Positions 1 to 8,897 of a stretch of 64,000 nucleotides of DNA are shown here, piece by piece. Numbering within the stretch: the stretch's first letter is position 1; the number at the start of each line of letters is the position of its first letter. Under the pieces are notes generated by a model. That model was not told the DNA's origin and searched no databases. It saw nothing but the letters and a program-made list of their open reading frames with translations. Source of the stretch: Dehalococcoidia bacterium (GTDB taxonomy: Bacteria > Chloroflexota > Dehalococcoidia > Plut-88900); NCBI GenBank assembly GCA_965197585.1, contig OZ240215.1:1440001-1504000 (forward strand), in the 5' to 3' direction. Made by a program: the position numbers and the translations under genes.

Positions 1-4
1 GTCC

Positions 5-80
<76 letters not shown>

Positions 81-151
81 GCCCCCCAGGTCCGCGCTAC
101 GCATATCCAAAACCCAAGCTAGTGCAGAGTGAGACGAACAAGGAGGCTACG

Positions 152-475
152 ATGATCTACGAACTCAGGTCCTACTACGCCGCTCCCGGCAAGATGGACG
201 CCCTTAACAGCAGGTTCCGGGACCACACCTGCGAAATCTTCGAAAGGCACGGAATGACGGTCGTGGGCTTCTGGACGCCCGAGGGCAAAGAGCAGGAGCT
301 CCTGGTCTACATGCTTGGCTTTGAAGACGCCGAGCACATGAAGAAGTGCTGGGCATCCTTCGGCGCCGACCCCGAGTGGAATAAGGTCCGCGCCGACAGC
401 GAGGTCGACGGCGAACTCGTATCCAGCCTCGAAAGCTCGGTTTTCATCCCCACCGACTACTCGGCAATCAAATAG
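152..475 (+). CDS. NIPSNAP family protein
   Basis: AGGAGG RBS then ATG 152; MIYELRSY...PGKMDALNSRF...W..F..DPEW...PTDYS pattern. Confidence 0.9.
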   Translation: MIYELRSYYAAPGKMDALNSRFRDHTCEIFERHGMTVVGFWTPEGKEQELLVYMLGFEDAEHMKKCWASFGADPEWNKVRADSEVDGELVSSLESSVFIPTDYSAIK

Positions 476-500
476 CCCACCGACCGAACAGCGCTAAAGC

Positions 501-538
501 AAGAGAGGGGAGCGGCTCTGCCGCTCCCCTCTCTTTTA
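501..538. terminator. Probable bidirectional intrinsic terminator
   Basis: Perfect hairpin AAGAGAGGGGAGCGGC-TCT-GCCGCTCCCCTCTCTT followed by T's, between convergent genes. Confidence 0.8.
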
Positions 539-587
539 TCCCGTCCGGCAATGGACCCCGGTCGGGTCTAGTTTCGTATCTTGTTTC

Positions 588-1961
588 CTACTGGATGTCG
601 GCGAGGAATTCTTCCATTCTCTCAGCCAGGGAGTCCAGGTTGGTTCCCAGCCATACCTCGTCAACCACGACGGCCTTTTCAAGCGCTGACGGGGAGGTGG
701 GGAGGTTGTCTATGGTGAGCTGATCAACGACGTCAGTGTTAACCAACGGCAGGGCCTGAAGGTTCAGGGGGCCGTAGGTGATGTACTTGATCATCTCTAC
801 GTTGATGTGCGGCTCAGCAGTCCAGGAGATGAAGAGTTCGGCCAGGGTCTTGTTGGGCGAGCCCTTCGGGATGTAGAACACGTCGGTCTGGTTCAGGTGT
901 CCGCACTCGAAGCAGTAGTGGAGGTTGTCGCCGCCTTCTTCCTGCTGGGCGTTCCAGATTCGACCGTTCCAGGCCGTGCACATGTCCGCTTGGTCGGTTA
1001 TCAAGGCTTGGGGGCAGTCCGTACCGCCGGTCCACCAGAACTGGATGTCATTCTTGATCTTTTCCAGCTCCTCAAAGGACTGGTCAACCTGCTCAGGGGT
1101 GAGCTTGGCTATGGCGTTCCGTCCTTCTACGGTTTCCAGGATCTCAGGGGTGCGCCTGAAGTGGGCGAAGAAGATGTTCTCGTTCACCCTGCGACCCATC
1201 CACCTGGTGCCGGGGAAGTTCTCGGTGTCCCAGAGGGCTTCCCAGTTGGTCGGGGCAACGCCGCCCCAAAGCTCGTCCACCTTGTTCTTCTGGTAGGCGA
1301 GACCCGTGGACCAGAGCACTCCGCCGCCGCCGCTCCAGGGAGTCACCGCAACTTGCGGGAAGAAGGGGAGGTAACGGTTGTGGATAGCCGGGGTCAGCTC
1401 TTCAAGGTCACCCGTCGGGCCAAGCTGGTAAACGGCCCTGGTACCAGAGTCGACTACGTCCCAGGTCACGTTTCCGGTTTCCACCATGGAACGGATCTTC
1501 GCGTACTCAACGGGGCTGTCTTCAATTAGATTGATGTTGAATTTATCCGCGAATGGTATGAAGTAGGCCTGCCTCTGGGCCGCCTGGTATGCGCCGCCCC
1601 AGGAAGTTACGTTGAGGCTCTGGCCGCTGTAGTTCGCCAGCTCCGCCTCAATTTCTTCGAAGGTACCCGGCTCATCTGCCGTCCATTCGGACATGGGACG
1701 GAGCGCAGCGGGTTCGGGTTCGGGTTCGGGTGCGGAGGTCGCCGTTACTACCGCGGCAGGCACTGCCGTGGCCGTGGCCTCGGCCTCCTCCTCCATCGCC
1801 GGCTCAGCCGTCGGCTCTTCCATCGCCGGCTCAGGTGTCGCCGTGGCGGCTTCGCCACAAGCGGCTACCACAAGCATGAGAGCCAGGACTAGTCCCAGCG
1901 CCCCGACGATGGCCCGGCGCCTGCCCAGGCTCATCTTGATTCGTTTCTTTCCTAATTGCAT
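588..1961 (-). CDS. Extracellular solute-binding lipoprotein, PotD/PotF-like
   Basis: Lipobox VAAC, Pro/Glu/Ala linker, SWGGAYQ and WDVVD motifs, AWNGR, YITYGP. Confidence 0.85.
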   Translation of the reverse strand: MQLGKKRIKMSLGRRRAIVGALGLVLALMLVVAACGEAATATPEPAMEEPTAEPAMEEEAEATATAVPAAVVTATSAPEPEPEPAALRPMSEWTADEPGTFEEIEAELANYSGQSLNVTSWGGAYQAAQRQAYFIPFADKFNINLIEDSPVEYAKIRSMVETGNVTWDVVDSGTRAVYQLGPTGDLEELTPAIHNRYLPFFPQVAVTPWSGGGGVLWSTGLAYQKNKVDELWGGVAPTNWEALWDTENFPGTRWMGRRVNENIFFAHFRRTPEILETVEGRNAIAKLTPEQVDQSFEELEKIKNDIQFWWTGGTDCPQALITDQADMCTAWNGRIWNAQQEEGGDNLHYCFECGHLNQTDVFYIPKGSPNKTLAELFISWTAEPHINVEMIKYITYGPLNLQALPLVNTDVVDQLTIDNLPTSPSALEKAVVVDEVWLGTNLDSLAERMEEFLADIQ

Positions 1962-2351
1962 AAGCTCTCCTATCTAAAAGTACTTACGCGTCTCACTTTA
2001 GTCGACGCGTCCATCTTCATATGCCAGGGTCCCGTTAGTTCCATAGGCGTTCTCCTCAAGGTTAGGTCTGTTTGTAGTATTGCTCCGATAGTACTGCCGA
2101 TGTTGTCTTTGAACCTTTTCCGGTCACTCAAATTGTGAAGGCAGGTAAAGGATACCACCTGCCGGTTCTAATCGGGTGGAGGCGGAAGAGGTCTGAGCCT
2201 CCTCCGCCTCTATCCTGATTGTTGATTTCTCGTCTTTCGGGGATTATCCACTATATGGGATTTATCTGCATCGAGGTGGAGAAGCATGAAGCTCCTCCAC
2301 CTCTGCGCATACTAGTTGATCTTTAGTCTTTCCTCTGGAGTTAATCGTCAG

Positions 2352-3662
2352 CTACTCCTGCAGTAGTTCCTGGAATTGTTCGATCAGCATTTGACCGTCA
2401 TCCAGGTTGGTGCCCAGCCAGTACTCATCCATGAGCACGACCTTCTCCAACGCGATGGGGGAAGTCGGCAGGGCATCCACAATCTCCGGAGCGAGCACCG
2501 AGGGCGCCAGGGCAACCGCGTCCGCGTGCAGAGGGCCGTAAGTGATGTAGTTGGAAACCTGGACGGCATTCTCCGGGAATCCCATCCACGCCAGGTACAG
2601 CTCCGATAGCTCTTTGTTGGGGGAGCCCTTAACTATCGAGTAGACGCCGGTCTGGTTGATGTGTCCACACTCGTAGCAGTAGTAGAGCGGAGAATTATCA
2701 TCCTCTTGCTGGGCGTTCCAGATCCTGCCGTTCCAGGCGGAGCATGTGTCGAAGTCACCTGCTATCAGTCCCTGGGGGCAATCGGTGCCGGTGTGCCACC
2801 AGTTGACCAGGTCGTCTTTTATCACCCTAAGGTGCTGGAGGGACTCTTCCACCTGTGCGTCGTCCAGGCTGCTTATGCTCTGTCTGCCCTCGACCGTTTC
2901 CAACAGCTCCGGATGGAGCGCCATCTGGGCAAAGATCACGTTCTCGTTGGGCCGGTCACCCAGGGACCTGTATCCGGGAACGCCTTCAACATCCCAGAAG
3001 TCGGCCCAACTCGTGGGAGCGCCGTCGTGATTGGGGTAGGCGTCGAGACTGTAGGCCAGACCGGTTGACCACATGATGCCGGCGCCGCCGCTCCAAGGCG
3101 TGACGGTAATGGCAGGATACCCGTCCAGGTAGCCGCTGTGGATCGCCGGATCCAGTTCTTCCAGGAAGCCGGGAATGCCGAGGGTGTAGACCCACCTGGT
3201 GCCGAAGTCGACGACGTCCCAGGTCACGTTGCCCGTTTCCGCCATCGCCTTTATCTTGGCCAGCTCGACGGGGCTGTCTTCAACTATCCCAATCCCGAAC
3301 TTATCCGCGAAGGGGATCATGTGGCCCTGTCTGACGGCCGCCTGCCAGCCGCCGCCCCAGCTGGTCTGGTTTAAGCTCTGGCCGCGGTATTTGGTCAGCT
3401 CCGCCTCGATCTCAGCCAAGGTGGCCGGATTCTCTTCCGTCCACTCCGACCGAGGCCTGACGTGGCTCACCATCGCATCCCCATCGTCCATGGCATCGCC
3501 ATCGTCCATGGTCGTGTCCGGTTCCTCGGGTTCGGGGGTCGCGGTCGCAGACTCGCCGCACGCTGCGCCTACTAGCAACGCCATCGCCAGGACGCTAAGT
3601 ACGGCAAGCAATGTCCACTTCTCGGTCAATCTTCGTCTCAAGGTCGTAGATATTTGTCTCAT
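2352..3662 (-). CDS. Extracellular solute-binding lipoprotein, PotD/PotF-like (tandem paralog)
   Basis: Lipobox GAAC, SWGGGWQ, WDVVD, WADFWD, AWNGR; RBS AAGGAGG. Confidence 0.85.
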   Translation of the reverse strand: MRQISTTLRRRLTEKWTLLAVLSVLAMALLVGAACGESATATPEPEEPDTTMDDGDAMDDGDAMVSHVRPRSEWTEENPATLAEIEAELTKYRGQSLNQTSWGGGWQAAVRQGHMIPFADKFGIGIVEDSPVELAKIKAMAETGNVTWDVVDFGTRWVYTLGIPGFLEELDPAIHSGYLDGYPAITVTPWSGGAGIMWSTGLAYSLDAYPNHDGAPTSWADFWDVEGVPGYRSLGDRPNENVIFAQMALHPELLETVEGRQSISSLDDAQVEESLQHLRVIKDDLVNWWHTGTDCPQGLIAGDFDTCSAWNGRIWNAQQEDDNSPLYYCYECGHINQTGVYSIVKGSPNKELSELYLAWMGFPENAVQVSNYITYGPLHADAVALAPSVLAPEIVDALPTSPIALEKVVLMDEYWLGTNLDDGQMLIEQFQELLQE

Positions 3663-3920
3663 ATTCCCTCCTTCACCGAGTTGTTCATCCGTGTCTGGAT
3701 GGCTTCCATTGGTCTAATGGCAGCCCGTTTTAACGGTTTTGCCTGAAGGTAAAAGAGTAACCTCCCCCCTTATAGAGATTAGGGGATTCTATAGACGGGC
3801 CACTCCATTTGTCAAATTTTGCCCATCCCAGCGCTTCGTCAAACGGCCTCTCAGTACCGCCCAACTACTCGTAAAGTACTGATGGTATACTCCCCCCACC
3901 CAACCCCGAGAGGTAAACCG

Positions 3921-5075
3921 TTGCAGCACAACCCTAATCTTCCCTTCACAGCCGACGAATATCGTATACGGGTCGAAAAGACCCTTGAAGCCATGAATAG
4001 CAAAGGCCTCGACGGCCTGATGATTCACTCGCCTGAAAACATCTACTATCTCACCGGCTACCACAGCGTCGGATATTTCACCTATACCGCACTTATTCTT
4101 ACTTCCAAGGGTGCGACCATAGTGGCGAGAAGCCTGCTATCCAGTATGGTAGAGCACACTTCCTGGGTTGATGACTTCCAAGGCTGGACCGACACCCAGG
4201 ACCCCATCACCACTACTAAAATCGCCCTCGACTCCGCCGGGCTTATCGGCAAGAACGTTGGATATGACCAGCAGGCGTGGTTCTATAACATCGGGCATCA
4301 CAATGCACTGGTTGCCAGCTGCGGCGCCACGAACTTCGTCGAGACGGCAGGCCTCGTCGAGGTTGTCCGCCGGTTCAAGTCACCCCAGGAGGTCGCATAC
4401 ATCCGGGAAGCCGCACGGACTTGCAAGGCCGCTATGCAGGGCTGCATCGACGCTATAGAAGAAGGCGCCACCGAGAATGACGCCGCTGCCTCCGCATATT
4501 ACGAATCCATCAAGGCGGGCAGCGAGTATCTGGGCCACGCTATGCTCGTGGCTACCGGCGCCCGGAGCGGCATCGGATTCACCACCTGGGAGCGGAACCC
4601 CATAAATCGCGGCGACCTTCTCTTCCTGGAAATGGGCGGGACCTATAAGCGCTACAACGCCGCCATGTCCCGCGGTGTCGTTGTCGGCGAGCCTTCCGAT
4701 CTAGCCAAACGCCTGGCCGAAGCTTCGAGAGGCGCTCTCGAACGGGCCATAGAAGCGATGCAGCCCGGCGCGACCTCCGCCTCAGTAGACAGGGCCGCTC
4801 GAGGCTACATGGAAGAAAAGGGCCTCGGCGAGCACTTCCAACACCGCTGCGGCTACCTCATCGGCATCGGCTTTCCCCCCGACTGGGGCGAGGGCCGCTT
4901 GATGAGCATCATCGAGAACGACGAGACTCCCCTGGAACCCGGCCTTGTCTTCCACCTCGTCCCCGACGTCAAAATCGACGGCGAGATCGGTGTAATCTAC
5001 TCCGATACCATACTCGTAACCGACTCGGGCCCCGAGGTCCTGACCGACTTCCCCAGAGACCTGGTAATAAAATAA
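3921..5075 (+). CDS. M24 (Xaa-Pro peptidase/creatinase fold) hydrolase, ectoine hydrolase EutD/DoeA-like
   Basis: ENIYYLTGY, KSPQE, HRCGYLIGIGFPPDWGE (EutD-type GYxIGxxxPPDWGE); TTG start after GAGGT. Confidence 0.8.
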   Translation: MQHNPNLPFTADEYRIRVEKTLEAMNSKGLDGLMIHSPENIYYLTGYHSVGYFTYTALILTSKGATIVARSLLSSMVEHTSWVDDFQGWTDTQDPITTTKIALDSAGLIGKNVGYDQQAWFYNIGHHNALVASCGATNFVETAGLVEVVRRFKSPQEVAYIREAARTCKAAMQGCIDAIEEGATENDAAASAYYESIKAGSEYLGHAMLVATGARSGIGFTTWERNPINRGDLLFLEMGGTYKRYNAAMSRGVVVGEPSDLAKRLAEASRGALERAIEAMQPGATSASVDRAARGYMEEKGLGEHFQHRCGYLIGIGFPPDWGEGRLMSIIENDETPLEPGLVFHLVPDVKIDGEIGVIYSDTILVTDSGPEVLTDFPRDLVIK

Positions 5076-5130
5076 TACCGCTCCCAAGAACCTCCCCCCA
5101 TCCCTTTCTCTCATGCCATTCCGCGGGGTA

Positions 5131-5219
5131 GGGCCGCTCACCCTGAGCGAGCTGGAAGTGCGCCGTGCTGTAAGTCCGCCTTTGGCGGAGAGCATCGAAG
5201 GATCGAGCGGGGGTGGCCC
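5131..5219 (+). repeat. REP-like family B (GGGCCGCTCA-CCCTGAG...TCGAAGGG-TCGAGCGG) carrying an internal insert
   Basis: Related copies at 5514-5559, 11831-11892, 12018-12063, 60425-60470. Confidence 0.8.
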
Positions 5220-5273
5220 ACGTACAGCCAATCCGTCACGCCCGCCTTCATCCCAACCCAGCTTCTTTACACT

Positions 5274-5310
5274 GTCATTCCGAGGCTCCGCGAGGAATCT
5301 AGGACTTGCC
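5274..5310 (+). repeat. REP-like family A (GTCAT(T/C)CCGAGGC(T/C)CCGCGAGG(A/G)ATCT)
   Basis: Related copies at 5448-5482, 11734-11766, 46090 (split by IS110), 52208-52247, 53536-53568, 54747-54804, 58751-58789. Confidence 0.85.
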
Positions 5311-5651
5311 CTCTCACACCCTTCCTCGCCTTTCCTCCCCCTCCCCACTTGGTAACGATATATCAATAAAACAGGGCGGGTGGGACTCAACTTATCCCGG
5401 CGGGGTCCGGAGGGGCGTCCCCCCCCCAACCCTCTCCCTCAACCCACCATTCCGAGGCCCCGCGAGGAATCTAGGACTTGCCCACTCACACATCTTACCC
5501 CCTCCCCAGCGTTGGGCCGCTCATGCTGAGGCTCTCGAAGTATGAGCGGGGGGCGGCCCGCGTTTGCCAATCCGTCGCGCCCGTCTTTCCCCCGGACACC
5601 CCATTCCACCCCATCATCCTCTCACTCCCCGGTAGGTGTGGCATTACCCCC

Positions 5652-5681
5652 TTGACCCGGTATGAACACTTGTGCTATATT
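5652..5681 (+). promoter_or_regulatory. Sigma70-type promoter with overlapping LexA/SOS-like box
   Basis: TTGACC-18bp-TATATT with extended TG; GAACACTTGTGC (5664-5675) resembles GAAC-N4-GTTC. Confidence 0.55.
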
Positions 5682-5784
5682 AGCCTCCAGGTCCCGACAC
5701 CCCACGTCGGCCCTAATCAAGGAAAGGTGGAACATCCGCCCAGCTGAAAGTCCGCCTTTGGCGGAGCGGAACCAAAGGAGTCCC

Positions 5785-6645
5785 ATGAGTCGCACAAGCC
5801 TTCATAGGCCCCGTCGTTACCGAGCGGTATGTCACCGCCCGGCCCCCGGCACGCGCCTCCTTCCCAGCCCCTTTCCACCCACCATCCCCCAACTCAACTC
5901 CCACTACAAGCGCTGCCCAAAGGCCCTACGCCTACGCCTTCGCAGCGATCAATCACCGTCCTGTCCCCTGTATGGAAGGTTCCCGGACAAATCACGGCAC
6001 GCCCTTTCCAAGGACCACTGCCAAGTGTGCGCCCCATTCAAACGGCGCTTAGGTTTCGCCCCTTCAGGCGACGCCCTGGAGCACAGCGTCATGTCTCCAC
6101 CCTGGGCCATAGCGCCCTGTTCGGACTCCCACGGCCTAGACCTTGCCGGCGAGTCCGAACAGTCGGATGAGCGCCGACTCAAAACCAACGCACCTTTTAC
6201 GGATTCCACCGTCGTCACCATCGGAGATCTCCGGTCTACGAACGCCGGTCTCGGGTCCCCGCTCCCATCCCTTGGGATGGTCGAGCACTTCTGGTGGTCG
6301 GGACTGCCCCACAGCGAGACTTCCTCGCGTCTCTTCCACATCCCCTCAGAAGTTCGGGGCTGTCGCAAAGCCGGCTTCGATGTGGAATATCCGCTGTCGC
6401 GGACAACACCCATCGGTACAGGCGTCGCCGTCTTCCTGCGCAACCGTCCGGGACCTTCCATCCCCTCCCCCCACCGTTTACTCCCTCATTCCCGACTCCG
6501 ATCGGGAATCTATCCCCGGAAGCGGGGCCGGGGCGCTCCCTCCCCCCGTAGGGACGACCGGCTGGTCGCCCTGGGGTGGGGTCCGCCTCTTGTTCCCCCG
6601 CCACCCACGAAAGGAGCCCGCCTACCCGCCAACGCCCACAACTGA
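5785..6645 (+). CDS. Hypothetical Pro/Arg/Ser-rich ORF, possibly a decayed gene
   Basis: AAGGAG RBS then ATG downstream of the SOS-like promoter; no recognisable domain; 3' end runs through a REP. Confidence 0.25.
   Translation: MSRTSLHRPRRYRAVCHRPAPGTRLLPSPFPPTIPQLNSHYKRCPKALRLRLRSDQSPSCPLYGRFPDKSRHALSKDHCQVCAPFKRRLGFAPSGDALEHSVMSPPWAIAPCSDSHGLDLAGESEQSDERRLKTNAPFTDSTVVTIGDLRSTNAGLGSPLPSLGMVEHFWWSGLPHSETSSRLFHIPSEVRGCRKAGFDVEYPLSRTTPIGTGVAVFLRNRPGPSIPSPHRLLPHSRLRSGIYPRKRGRGAPSPRRDDRLVALGWGPPLVPPPPTKGARLPANAHN
6548..6572 (+). repeat. GTAG-type REP (family C)
   Basis: GTAGGGACGACCGGCTGGTCGCCCT; relatives at 45979-46002 and 57527-57551. Confidence 0.75.
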
Positions 6646-6695
6646 ATGACCGCCGCCCCTGCATTCAGGCGTATGTACCGGTCAAAGGCCGGGGA

Positions 6696-7670
6696 TTAAC
6701 GGGTCTCCCGCCTTGCAACCCATCTGGGCTGGTCGCAAATGTCGCCCAGGAACTCCATCACCGTATGGGCCGCCAGGTAGGAGGTCACTCCCGTCCCGAC
6801 GTCCAGCTGCGGATTAACCTCGCACAGGTCAAACCCAATGATGTCGGCGTGCTCGGCCAGCACCTTCAGGGTCTTCTGGAGCTCCGCGTACATCATCCCG
6901 TTCGGCTCCGCCGAGACGCAGCCCGGGACCAGGCTCATATCCAGCACGTCTATGTCTATGGACACGTAACACCTGGCATTCGAGGGCAGCTCCTCCACCA
7001 GGTCCTTATGCCCCCTGTCCCGGAACTCTTCCATGCTTATGACGTGGTTACCGTCACGGAACGAATCATCGATGTACTCCTTGACATTACGCAGGCTGCG
7101 GATTCCAACCTGATATATCGACTCCACGTTCTGCATTGCGTTGATGTGCCGAAAGGCATGGCCGTTGGTGTACTCAAACCCGTGCGAAAACGGCGTGTAG
7201 TCTATGTGAGCGTCGAAGTGGAAGACGTATAGCGGCTCCTCGTAGGCCCGGACCACTGGGAAGGTGATGGCATGGTCGCCGCCCAGAACTACGGGCATTG
7301 CGCCTCTCTCCAGTACCTTCTTTGTCATGGCCGTGATGTTGTAGAAGGAGTCCTCGGCGTTGGTCGGTATGATCGGCGCGTCACCGACATCCGCGATGCG
7401 CCCGTTCTTCATCTCGTATTCCAGGTACTCCTTGTCCTCGGAGAAGTTGTAGAACCCCTCCTGTCCGAAGCGCAACGAGTGCTGCCGGATGCTCTGGGGC
7501 GCGAACCGTGCGCCGCCCATGAACGGCGAGCCCTCGTCCGTCGGGGCGCCCATGACCGCGATGTCGGCCTCCAGCTGGTCCAGATCCGTCACGATCCTCG
7601 ACCTCAAGAACGAAGGAATCCCGCTGAACGGCCAGACCTTCGCGCCACGATACATGTCATGTTGCTGCAT
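6696..7670 (-). CDS. Agmatinase/ureohydrolase family protein
   Basis: GGDHA, FDAHID and SIDIDVLD metal motifs, GARFAP, EVNPQLD. Confidence 0.9.
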   Translation of the reverse strand: MQQHDMYRGAKVWPFSGIPSFLRSRIVTDLDQLEADIAVMGAPTDEGSPFMGGARFAPQSIRQHSLRFGQEGFYNFSEDKEYLEYEMKNGRIADVGDAPIIPTNAEDSFYNITAMTKKVLERGAMPVVLGGDHAITFPVVRAYEEPLYVFHFDAHIDYTPFSHGFEYTNGHAFRHINAMQNVESIYQVGIRSLRNVKEYIDDSFRDGNHVISMEEFRDRGHKDLVEELPSNARCYVSIDIDVLDMSLVPGCVSAEPNGMMYAELQKTLKVLAEHADIIGFDLCEVNPQLDVGTGVTSYLAAHTVMEFLGDICDQPRWVARRETR

Positions 7671-7680
7671 TTCTTAGTCC

Positions 7681-7710
7681 TTTATGTAAATTGAGGCCGC
7701 TTTATGTAAA
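7681..7710. promoter_or_regulatory. Tandem TTTATGTAAA boxes, candidate operator
   Basis: Exact 10-bp direct repeat at 7681 and 7701 just upstream of the ureohydrolase start. Confidence 0.35.
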
Positions 7711-7759
7711 ATGCTGGCCCTCGACCGCAGAGGTTTCGTGTGATGGCGAACTTAGTCCC

Positions 7760-8839
7760 TCAATTCGCGCTGAACCCGTACAGGGAAGCGGCGTTTGAGC
7801 TGACTATCTGCTGCTTATGTTCCTCCTGCACCCCCGCGAACTGCCTCTCTATCGCCTCCCGGGACTTGGGCCACGTGCCTTCGTGGTGAGGGTAGTCGTT
7901 GCCCCAGAGCAGGCACCCGGCGCCCGTGAACGAGATGTTAGCCAGCCCCACCGCATCCTCCCCGAAGGTCGCATATCCCTGCCTTCGGAAATAATCGCTG
8001 GGCTTCATGTCCAGCTTGGGCCTCACATACATGTGGTGCTTGTCCGCTCCTTCATCCATCGCGAGCATGTTCCAGGCAATCCACCCTATCCCCGACTCCA
8101 CGATCACGAACTTCATCTTCGGGTGATTCATCAGCACCCCCGAGGAGCACAGGTACGTCGTCACGTCTATCCCGTCGACCAGCGCGCCCATCACGTAGTT
8201 GATGATCGCCCCACCGGGCCCCCGCTCGATGCGCGGGTCACGGCCGCTGCTTATGTGAAAGTTCGCAGGCAGCCCCACTTCCTCTATTGCACTCCAGAGG
8301 GGCTCGTACTCGGGTCTGTTGTAGGGGAGGGGCTGCTTGCTGGGCAGGAACATCGACCCCATCCCCATCTTCGCCGTCCGGTAGACCTCTTCAACGGCGC
8401 CCTGGATATCGATCACCGGAATAAGAGCCGCCAATGCGAACCTCTCCCTGTGCGCACCGAAGAGCTCAGCAGCCCAGTCGTTGTAGGTTCGTGCCGCGGC
8501 CAGCTGAAAACCCGGGTCCGGAGACGCCGTCAATTCCAGCCCGTAGTTCGGGTAGATCACCTCTGCCGCTACGCCGTCCGTCTCCTGCGCCTCAAGTCGG
8601 ACGTTGACATTCCATCCACCCTTGACCGCTTCCTCTCGTAATAGGTCGTCCTTCCCCATCTCTTCCGTGCCCAGCTCGACCTTCCTCGGGCGCAGGCCGT
8701 CCCTGATTTCCAGCAGCCTCCCATCGACTACCTTCCTGTGGGGCGCCTTCTCCCGGTAGTCCGCAGGCATCCTTTCCTGCCACATGCTAAGCGGTTCGTC
8801 CACGTGAGAGTCCGCCGATATCAGCTTGTAGTCCATCAT
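7760..8839 (-). CDS. Amidohydrolase_2 family protein
   Basis: ISADSHVDE, NFHI, VESGIGW, LWGNDYPHHEG. Confidence 0.9.
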   Translation of the reverse strand: MMDYKLISADSHVDEPLSMWQERMPADYREKAPHRKVVDGRLLEIRDGLRPRKVELGTEEMGKDDLLREEAVKGGWNVNVRLEAQETDGVAAEVIYPNYGLELTASPDPGFQLAAARTYNDWAAELFGAHRERFALAALIPVIDIQGAVEEVYRTAKMGMGSMFLPSKQPLPYNRPEYEPLWSAIEEVGLPANFHISSGRDPRIERGPGGAIINYVMGALVDGIDVTTYLCSSGVLMNHPKMKFVIVESGIGWIAWNMLAMDEGADKHHMYVRPKLDMKPSDYFRRQGYATFGEDAVGLANISFTGAGCLLWGNDYPHHEGTWPKSREAIERQFAGVQEEHKQQIVSSNAASLYGFSAN

Positions 8840-8897
8840 GCCACTACTCCTTTCAGGTCGTTCTCACCCGATTATTGTCCACGACTAGGCGTCCAGT

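Noticed and set aside
4782-5747. Short ORFs across the REP cluster (and 11706-12104)
   Set aside because: They are translations of palindromic repeats with no coding signature.
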